Shown here: positions 1-7,307 of the stretch, in pieces | Position numbering within the stretch: the stretch's first letter is position 1 | How the letters are laid out: each line of letters opens with the position of its first letter | Source: Bacteroidia bacterium | GTDB lineage: Bacteria > Bacteroidota > Bacteroidia > UKL13-3 | Direction: 5' to 3' | Length of the DNA stretch: 64,000 bases | Assembly (NCBI GenBank): GCA_044370475.1 | Contig: JBILVK010000004.1 | Location: 4,596-68,595, forward strand | Notes under the pieces: generated by a model | What the model saw: only the letters and a program-made list of their open reading frames with translations | What the model was told of the DNA's origin: nothing | The model's database searches: none | Translations under genes and position numbers: made by a program

Positions 1-413
1 AGACTTCCACCTCAATCATAGATTACATGTTCCGCATGTTGGGATTTGAATATTTGGGAAGAGAAGATTTTGTGCAAGTAACGCCAAACGATAACCAAAG
101 AAGTCACCTCGCTATCAACCAACATAAGGCAGCCAAAGAAATTGCTAGCAATACAATTAAGGCTGAACCAATCACTCCTGTAAGCGTAGCACAGGTAGCA
201 CCCATTGGTTTTCACCGCCCGGAAGTGAAGGCAGAAGTTGAAACCAAAGCTGTTTCAATGATGGCTTCAGAAGCGGTTCCTTTGGATCAAGTAAGCGAAA
301 TGAATAAGAGAATGGGTGATAGTCCGGCATGCCCTACTTGCGGACATATAACCATACGCAGTGGTGCTTGTTACAAGTGCTTGAATTGCGGTACACAGAC
401 TGGTTGTAGCTAG
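1..413 (+). CDS. nrdJ: 3' end of class II (adenosylcobalamin-dependent) ribonucleotide reductase; partial, 5' end lies outside the window
   Basis: Frame 3 is open from nt 3, so the ORF-track Met at 27 is internal. The tail ...IIDYMFRMLGFEYLG... and the terminal Cys cluster CPTCGHITIRSGACYKCLNCG resemble the zinc-ribbon C-terminus of NrdJ-type RNRs (recalled, not searched). A strong terminator follows. Confidence 0.55.
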   Translation, partial: TSTSIIDYMFRMLGFEYLGREDFVQVTPNDNQRSHLAINQHKAAKEIASNTIKAEPITPVSVAQVAPIGFHRPEVKAEVETKAVSMMASEAVPLDQVSEMNKRMGDSPACPTCGHITIRSGACYKCLNCGTQTGCS

Positions 414-439
414 ATTAGGAATAAAAATAGATGAGAAAG

Positions 440-476
440 AGAGGCTGTTTCACAAGTTGAAACGGCCTCTTTTTTG
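440..476 (+). terminator. Rho-independent terminator after nrdJ
   Basis: 12-bp stem AGAGGCTGTTTC / GAAACGGCCTCT (one G-U pair), 7-nt loop, then TTTTTTGTTT. Confidence 0.6.
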
Positions 477-702
477 TTTATGGTTGATGTAGCCTTGATT
501 GGCCTACCCTTTTTAAAAAACCTTTTTTCAGTTTTTATAAATTATGTTAAGCACCAATTGTAATTATGATATAAATTAGCATCTTCAATAAATTTACAAA
601 AGGAAAGAGGGAACTTAATAGATATAGGAATAGAAAAAGGACTTATTCGGTTCGGCGAACGCCGAAGCTTTATAGCCCACTTTAACAAAACAGATAAATA
701 AA

Positions 703-1701
703 ATGGAGAAAGCAAGCATCATTATATATCAAACTGAAGACGGGAAAACAAAAATTGAAACTCGTTTAGAAAATGAAACTGTTTGGTTAACTATTGACCA
801 AATGGCTGAGCTATTTCAGAAATCACGTTCTACCATCAATGAGCATATTTTAAACATTTATGACGAACAAGAAATTGAAATTGAGTATACTATGAGAAAA
901 ATCGGAAATTCCGATTTTTCTACCAAACCTACTAATTACTACAATTTGGATGTAATAATTTCGGTGGGCTACAGGGTAAAAAGCCATCAGGGCACAAAGT
1001 TCCGCCAATGGGCTACCGCAAGGCTTCGTGAATATATTGTAAAAGGCTTTACAATGAATGATGAGCTACTAAAGCAAGGAGGTGGCGGCAATTATTTTGA
1101 AGAATTATTGGCTCGTATTCGTGATATACGTTCGTCTGAAAAAGTATTTTGGCGAAAGGTGCTTGATATTTATGCCACCAGTATTGACTATGACCCTAAG
1201 CTGGAAATTTCGATTCAGTTTTTTCAAACCGTCCAAAACAAAATGCACTGGGCAGCACACGGACATACAGCAGCTGAAATCATTTACCAACGCATAGATG
1301 CAAAAAAGCCAAACCTTGGTTTAACCCACATTAAGGGAAATAAACCAACAAAGCAGGAAATAGAAATAGCTAAAAACTATTTGAGTGAAAACGAACTAAA
1401 TGTGCTTAACAGAATGGTAACCGCCTACTTGGAATTGGCTGAATTGCAAGCATTAAACCGATTGCCAATGTATATGAAAGATTGGATTGAACGCGTAGAT
1501 GATTTTGTAAGAATGACAGGCAATAATATTTTGCAAAATGCAGGAACAGTGAGCCATATGCAGGCATTAGAAAAAGCAAATGCCGAATATGAAAAATACA
1601 AAGAGAAAATGAAAAACGAACTATCTGAGGGCGAAAAGCACTTTATAAAACAAATAGAAAGCACTGCAAAAAAATTGAAACCCAGAAAAAACCAAAATTA
1701 A
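703..1701 (+). CDS. RhuM-family (virulence-protein RhuM-like) protein
   Basis: 332-aa ORF. The core YYNLDVIISVGYRVKSHQGTKFRQWATARLREYIVKGF matches the conserved RhuM family block as I recall it. An N-terminal wHTH-like segment is present. Confidence 0.75.
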   Translation: MEKASIIIYQTEDGKTKIETRLENETVWLTIDQMAELFQKSRSTINEHILNIYDEQEIEIEYTMRKIGNSDFSTKPTNYYNLDVIISVGYRVKSHQGTKFRQWATARLREYIVKGFTMNDELLKQGGGGNYFEELLARIRDIRSSEKVFWRKVLDIYATSIDYDPKLEISIQFFQTVQNKMHWAAHGHTAAEIIYQRIDAKKPNLGLTHIKGNKPTKQEIEIAKNYLSENELNVLNRMVTAYLELAELQALNRLPMYMKDWIERVDDFVRMTGNNILQNAGTVSHMQALEKANAEYEKYKEKMKNELSEGEKHFIKQIESTAKKLKPRKNQN

Positions 1702-1722
1702 AGAAATATTACTTGGATAAAC

Positions 1723-3432
1723 ATGCAAATCTCAATTCATCAATTTGAGCAATTTATTAATGAAACCATTTTAAAAAGAGGTTTAACATATTTTAAAAAT
1801 GGTTATGTTAGCGAGCCAGAAGAAATTGCTGCAGGAGTTTATGAAGCTATAGTTACTGGTAGGGAAAATTATACCGTTAAATTAAAAATAAAAAACAACA
1901 CTGTTTTGGAGCATGTTTGCTCTTGCCCATACGATATGGGATCTGTTTGCAAGCATGTTGTAGCCGTTCTGTTTTATATCCAACAAGATGTGTTGGATTT
2001 AGAACCTAAAGTTTTGCAGCTTCAAAAGTCAAATGAAGAAGCTACAGCAAAAAAAATTAAAAGGAAAACTATTTCAGAGCAGGTGGATGATGTACTTGAA
2101 AAAATTACACATGATGAACTAAAGCAGTTTATTCAAGAAAAAGCTGAACAAAATCCTTCGTTCAGGAATGTTTTTTTATACTCCTTTGCCCATCAAAACA
2201 ACAATGAATCAAAAGAATTTTATTCCAAACAAGTTAAATCCACTCTTCGAGAAGCGTCTGGTAGAGAAGGATTTATCCATTGGAATAAGGCAGGAAGTGT
2301 AGCTAAACAGATAAGTGAATTATTGAATGCTGCACAAAAGCAAATCGAAAACAAAAATTTCAAAAGTGCTATTTTTATTTGCACCGCGGTTATGGAGGAA
2401 ATGAAAGAGGCACTTCAATTTGCCGATGATAGCTCTGGTGATATTGGAGGATGCATTGACTTCGCTTTTGAATTATTATTTACCATTGCTAAAGAAAAAT
2501 TACCAAAAGAAATACGAACACAATTATTTGACTATTGTCTTTCATCTTTTGAAAAACAAACATATTTAGGATGGGATTGGCATTTGGGTGTTTTGCAAAT
2601 TGCATCTGAAATTTTGAACGATGAGGAAGAAGGGCAACGATTGTTTTCTTGTCTTGAAAAAGTACAACATTCGAATTATGAAAAAGAGGCAGTTCAATGC
2701 ATCAAATTGAACATTATACGAAAAACTAAAGGGGATGAGGAAGCCCAAAAATTCATCGAACAAAATCTTTCTAACCCGAATTTAAGAAGGGAAGCCATAC
2801 AAAAATCATTGTGGGAAAAGGACTATGAAAAAGCAATAGCAATTTCTAAAGACGGAATAATTCAGGACGAAAAAAGCAAACCAGGTTTAGCAATAGAATG
2901 GTACGATTGGCTTTTGAAAATAGCCCAAGCCCAAAAGCAGAAAGATAAGATTATTGAATACGCCCGTTTACTTTTAATAGATAATTTCAGGCACGAACAG
3001 GATTATTACCAACTGCTTAAAAGCAATATAGAACCTCAACTGTGGAAGGCATTTGTAGAAGGATTAATAAGAGATATTACAAAAAAAAATCGATGGCTTG
3101 ATGTTGACTTAATTGCTAAAATATATATTGTAGAAGAATGGTGGATTAGATTGCTGGAACTTATCAAACAAAAACCGTCATTAAGCTATATTGAACATTA
3201 CGAAAAATACCTTTCTAAAGATTTTTCTGATGAACTTGTTTTACTGTACGGAAACGAAATAGTAAAATACTTGGAAAACAACACCGGAAGAAATCATTAT
3301 CAAACTACTTGTAGATATCTTAGACGAATGATTAAACTCGACGGCAGAGAAATGGTTGAAAAAATGGTCTCCGATTTCAGGAAGCAATACCCACAACGTA
3401 GAGCCTTGATGGAAGAACTAAACCGAATTTAA
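1723..3432 (+). CDS. SWIM zinc-finger protein with a long helical-repeat C-terminal region
   Basis: A CxCx(n)CxH SWIM signature (CSCPYDMGSVCKH) lies near residue 66-78. The remaining roughly 470 aa are Lys/Glu/Leu-rich and look helical. The gene starts 21 nt after the RhuM stop, so co-transcription is likely. Confidence 0.7.
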   Translation: MQISIHQFEQFINETILKRGLTYFKNGYVSEPEEIAAGVYEAIVTGRENYTVKLKIKNNTVLEHVCSCPYDMGSVCKHVVAVLFYIQQDVLDLEPKVLQLQKSNEEATAKKIKRKTISEQVDDVLEKITHDELKQFIQEKAEQNPSFRNVFLYSFAHQNNNESKEFYSKQVKSTLREASGREGFIHWNKAGSVAKQISELLNAAQKQIENKNFKSAIFICTAVMEEMKEALQFADDSSGDIGGCIDFAFELLFTIAKEKLPKEIRTQLFDYCLSSFEKQTYLGWDWHLGVLQIASEILNDEEEGQRLFSCLEKVQHSNYEKEAVQCIKLNIIRKTKGDEEAQKFIEQNLSNPNLRREAIQKSLWEKDYEKAIAISKDGIIQDEKSKPGLAIEWYDWLLKIAQAQKQKDKIIEYARLLLIDNFRHEQDYYQLLKSNIEPQLWKAFVEGLIRDITKKNRWLDVDLIAKIYIVEEWWIRLLELIKQKPSLSYIEHYEKYLSKDFSDELVLLYGNEIVKYLENNTGRNHYQTTCRYLRRMIKLDGREMVEKMVSDFRKQYPQRRALMEELNRI

Positions 3433-3523
3433 ATTCAAAATTATTTTTCACAAGTATCTTTTCCTTTAAAAGCAAGTACACTCGTAATTTTTTTTTATAT
3501 TGTGCCCTCAAAATTTCTGTAAT

Positions 3524-5965
3524 ATGAACCAATCCTTTTTTAAGAAGGCCCTTCCGCATCTCATTGCATTTGCATTAATCATGCTTGTGATTTTTGTTTA
3601 TTTCACACCCTTGTTCAATGGCAAAGTTTTAAAACAATACGATGTATTGCAATGGAAAGCAACTTTCCAAGAAATTGCCCAATTTGAAAAAGCCAGTGGA
3701 GAGCGCACTTTTTGGACAAATAGTATTTTTGGTGGAATGCCAAGTTACTTGATTGGTGCAACCTACCATGGCAATTACACGGGAAATATTTTGTTTTATA
3801 TTTCGGTACTTTTTAAGCATCCATCAGATACCATCTTTTTGTTGTTTGCTTGTTTTTATATTTTGTTACTTGCCTTTGAGGTATCGCCTTGGCTGGCTAT
3901 GGTGGGCTCTTTGGCCTTTGCCCTATCCTCCTTTAACTTTATAAATATAGATGCCGGACATATCACCAAGGGGAATGCGATAGCCTTTATACCGCTGGTT
4001 TTGGCGGGTATGCAAATTACCTTACACAAGAATAAATGGTGGGGTGCCATCTTAACAGGTATTGCAGTTTCATTTGAATTAGCCGCAGGTCACGTTCAGA
4101 TTACCTATTATCTCATTTTCATCATTTTGGCTTGGATGATTGTGGAATTGGTTCAGGCCGTGAAAAATAAAACTTTGCCTTCTTTTATCACTGCTGGTGC
4201 CTTTATGGCCATTGCCGCAGCCATTGGAATAGGCACTAATATTACGGGATTATTGGCAACCGAAGAGTATGGCAAATACAGTATTCGCGGTAAATCTGAG
4301 TTAACCAAAACCCAAACTGGAGAAAGCAATTTTGCCAATAGCTCATCTGGCTTAGATAAAGACTACGCCCTATCTTGGAGTAATGGCGTAGCAGAACCAT
4401 TAACCATTTTGATTCCGAATTTTTATGGCGGAGCCAGCAATGGCGATTTGGGAACGGGCAGCGAAACTTACAAAGAATTGCAAAAGCAGGGAATTCCTAA
4501 TGCCAAGTCTGTGGTGAGTCAGATGCCCATTTATTGGGGAGATCAGCCATTTACGGCCGGACCTATTTACTATGGGGCCATTATGGTATTCTTATTTGTT
4601 TTGGGTATGTTTTTGTTGAAGGGTCCAGAGAAGTGGTGGATATTTTCTGCCGCCGTGGTAGCTATATTTTTATCTATGGGTAAGAATTTTATGCCATTTA
4701 CCGACCTATTCTTTAACTACTTTCCGTTGTATAATAAATTTAGGTCGGTTACCTTTATTCTCTGCGTTGCACAGACCATGTTTCCTTTCTTGGCCATCCT
4801 TACTTTAAAAGAATTGAGTGAGAAGAAAATTGCCGATAAAGACTGGATGAAAGCCATGAAATTTAGTTTGGGAATTGTGGGCGGCTTATGTTTGATTTTG
4901 GCTTTAATACCAGGTATGTTTTTTGATTTTAGCAGCGAGAGTGATGCACGTATGAATTTCCCTGCATGGCTTATAACCACACTAACTGCAGACCGTGAAA
5001 ACTTGTTAAGAATGGATGCTTTGCGTTCGTTGGTGTTTATATTATTAGCTGTTGCTGTATTGTGGTTTTTCCAAAAAGGAAAGCTCAAAAAAGAGTATAT
5101 GGTTATGGCGCTTGGTTTGTTAACGGTTGTAGATTTATGGGGAGTAGATAAACGCTATTTAAACGAGAAGGATTTTGAAAAGAAAAAGGGAGAAGTTGCT
5201 ATTGATAAGACTCCAATTGATGAGCAAATTTTGGCCGATAAAGACATTCATTATAGGGTTTATAACAATACCACAGATTTTGACAAAGATGCCCTAACAG
5301 CCTATTACCACAAGTCGCTCGGCGGTTACCATGGTGCAAAAATGCGCAGGTACCAAGAGTTAATTGAATGGCAGTTGAGTAAAATGAATATGGAGTGTTA
5401 CAATATGTTGAATGCCAAATATTTTATTTTACAAGATTCAACTGGAGGTAAGTACGTGCAAAGAAATCCGGGAGCCAATGGCAATGCTTGGTTTGTAAAC
5501 GACATTAAGTGGGTTAATAATGCGGATGAAGAGATAGTGGCTTTAACTGGTTTTAAGAGCAGGGAAACAGCCATTATGGATAAGCGTTTTGAAGAAGGTT
5601 TGGCTGGTTTTAAACCCATGGCCGATTCTGCTTCAAGTATTGTTTTAACGGCTTATCAGCCTAATAAATTGGTGTATTCCACACAAGCGTCGAGCGATCA
5701 ATTTGCGGTGTTCTCTGAGGTTCATTACGAAAAAGGATGGAATGCCTATATAGATGGTGCCTTGGTGCCACATGTGCGTGCAAACTTCTTGTTAAGGGCC
5801 ATGAAAGTGCCAGCGGGCAAGCACGAGGTAGTATTTAAGTTTGAACCAACTGTTATTGCTACAGGAGAGAGGATAGCCTATGCATCGTCATTTGCCTTGT
5901 ATGGCGGGTTAATTCTCATTATGATTATGTCCCTTATGAAACGTAAAAAGGGAGAGCAAGCATAA
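3524..5965 (+). CDS. YfhO-like polytopic membrane protein (GT-C-like)
   Basis: The ORF-track start at 3500 is a TTG; the first ATG is at 3524 (MNQSFFKKALPHLIAF...). The protein has many hydrophobic spans. The N-terminal block FTPLFNGKVLKQYDVLQWK...FWTNSIFGGMPSY is typical of Bacteroidota YfhO-family proteins (recalled). Confidence 0.6.
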   Translation: MNQSFFKKALPHLIAFALIMLVIFVYFTPLFNGKVLKQYDVLQWKATFQEIAQFEKASGERTFWTNSIFGGMPSYLIGATYHGNYTGNILFYISVLFKHPSDTIFLLFACFYILLLAFEVSPWLAMVGSLAFALSSFNFINIDAGHITKGNAIAFIPLVLAGMQITLHKNKWWGAILTGIAVSFELAAGHVQITYYLIFIILAWMIVELVQAVKNKTLPSFITAGAFMAIAAAIGIGTNITGLLATEEYGKYSIRGKSELTKTQTGESNFANSSSGLDKDYALSWSNGVAEPLTILIPNFYGGASNGDLGTGSETYKELQKQGIPNAKSVVSQMPIYWGDQPFTAGPIYYGAIMVFLFVLGMFLLKGPEKWWIFSAAVVAIFLSMGKNFMPFTDLFFNYFPLYNKFRSVTFILCVAQTMFPFLAILTLKELSEKKIADKDWMKAMKFSLGIVGGLCLILALIPGMFFDFSSESDARMNFPAWLITTLTADRENLLRMDALRSLVFILLAVAVLWFFQKGKLKKEYMVMALGLLTVVDLWGVDKRYLNEKDFEKKKGEVAIDKTPIDEQILADKDIHYRVYNNTTDFDKDALTAYYHKSLGGYHGAKMRRYQELIEWQLSKMNMECYNMLNAKYFILQDSTGGKYVQRNPGANGNAWFVNDIKWVNNADEEIVALTGFKSRETAIMDKRFEEGLAGFKPMADSASSIVLTAYQPNKLVYSTQASSDQFAVFSEVHYEKGWNAYIDGALVPHVRANFLLRAMKVPAGKHEVVFKFEPTVIATGERIAYASSFALYGGLILIMIMSLMKRKKGEQA

Positions 5966-6114
5966 TGGCTGCTTTTGATTGGCAATATGTAGTTGTAGGA
6001 ATTATTTTACTCGGTTCGATCCTATACGTTTTACGGTTTTTATTTAAAAGCAGTAAGGGCGAGTCCTGCGCCAGTGGCGCGGCATGCAAGTGTGAGGGAA
6101 AGGTTGTTAAATAA
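5965..6114 (+). CDS. 49-aa Cys-rich single-pass membrane peptide (FeoB-associated Cys-rich / p12-like); absent from the ORF track
   Basis: The ATG overlaps the upstream stop (TAATG). Translation is MAAFDWQYVVVGIILLGSILYVLRFLFKSSKGESCASGAACKCEGKVVK: one TM helix, a basic patch and a Cys-rich tail. A terminator follows immediately. Confidence 0.45.
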   Translation: MAAFDWQYVVVGIILLGSILYVLRFLFKSSKGESCASGAACKCEGKVVK

Positions 6115-6144
6115 AAAAAGGCTGTCTATTAGACAGCCTTTTTT
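6113..6144. terminator. Bidirectional terminator between convergent genes
   Basis: Stem GGCTGTCT/AGACAGCC is flanked by an A-run upstream and a T-run downstream. Confidence 0.6.
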
Positions 6145-6164
6145 ATGGTATAATATGGATTAAT

Positions 6165-7103
6165 TTATTGCTTGTTGATGAGTTTGTAGAGCTCGTCTAA
6201 TCTTGGGGTGAGGATAATTTCTGTGCGTCTGTTTTTGGCTCTTCCCTCGGCGGTTTCGTTGCTGGCTTTTGGCACATACTCGCCTCTTCCGGCAGCAGTA
6301 AGCATTTTTGCATCTACTTTGTAGGTTTCATCTAACAGGCGAACAATGTTTGTAGCGCGGGCCACACTTAAGTCCCAGTTGTCTTGAAATTGGGCTGTTT
6401 TTATAGGCACATTGTCGGTATGCCCTTCAATCATGATTGACACATCCTTGTTTTTGTTTAGGATATCGGCAACGGTTTTGATGGCAGCTTTTCCTTTTTC
6501 TTCCACTTCTGCGCTACCGCTTCTAAATAGCAATTTATCTGTCATAGAAACATAAACCTTACCATTCTTCATTTCAACCGAAATTTCGTCGCTATTGAAG
6601 CTTAAAAGGGCCTTTTTAATTACATTGTTCAATGCATTGGTAAGTGAATCTTGTTTACGCAACATATCTTCCAATTCTGCCAATCTTTTTTCGCGGGCTA
6701 GCAACTGTTCTCCTTTTTCTTTAAGGGCTAGGTTAAGTTGCTCGGTTCTGTTGAGACTCGATTTAATAAGTTCGGTATACTTATCATTCATCTCGTTGTA
6801 ATCGTCTTTTAGGAGACGATGTTTTTCTTGCAATTCTGTATGCTGTAAAGTAAGCTCGTTGTACCTGCCATCCAAATCGCGGTATTTTATACCTCTTTCT
6901 GTGGTGTCTTTGTTAAAAGCTAAATTGAGTAGGTGCAAAGAATCTCTTTGGTAGGTTGCCTCTTTATGGCGTTTAGATAAAAATGCATTGTGCATTTTAT
7001 CGCCAAAGGTTTTCGGTTCTTTTATCTTTCCTTTTGGTTCTAAATCTTGTGCTATAGCTGCACCAGAAATTAGAACTGCTGCAATTATCAATTTTATTTT
7101 CAT
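6165..7103 (-). CDS. OmpA-family protein with N-terminal coiled coil
   Basis: Signal peptide MKIKLIIAAVLISGAAIAQ. C-terminal OmpA/MotB domain motifs are present: IEGHTDNVPI, NWDLSVARA, NRRTEIIL. Confidence 0.85.
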   Translation of the reverse strand: MKIKLIIAAVLISGAAIAQDLEPKGKIKEPKTFGDKMHNAFLSKRHKEATYQRDSLHLLNLAFNKDTTERGIKYRDLDGRYNELTLQHTELQEKHRLLKDDYNEMNDKYTELIKSSLNRTEQLNLALKEKGEQLLAREKRLAELEDMLRKQDSLTNALNNVIKKALLSFNSDEISVEMKNGKVYVSMTDKLLFRSGSAEVEEKGKAAIKTVADILNKNKDVSIMIEGHTDNVPIKTAQFQDNWDLSVARATNIVRLLDETYKVDAKMLTAAGRGEYVPKASNETAEGRAKNRRTEIILTPRLDELYKLINKQ

Positions 7104-7248
7104 TTGAATACTGAATTTTGCACGAAGTTGCTTCAGATACCTTGCTTCACCAAGCTTTTGATATGCTTTTTATTCGCATGATTAAGGTGAGTGTTCAATA
7201 TAGCAAACAAATGAGGCCAAGCTATTGCATGGCAAATAGGTTCAGACC

Positions 7249-7286
7249 GAAAAAGAAAAAGGCCACTAGAACGGATTCTAGCGGCC
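7249..7286 (-). terminator. Rho-independent terminator after secDF
   Basis: On the minus strand GGCCGCTAGAA/TTCTAGTGGCC forms the stem (the G-U pair exists only in this orientation), followed by TTTTTCTTTTT. Confidence 0.55.
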
Positions 7287-7307
7287 TTTTATTAATGCGA
7301 TATCTAA

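Noticed and set aside
651-666. GC-rich palindrome TTCGGCG-AA-CGCCGAA 37 nt upstream of the RhuM start
   Set aside because: It could be an operator or a small hairpin. It occurs only once, has a 2-nt spacer, and sits next to no recognisable promoter boxes. That is insufficient evidence to call a regulatory site.
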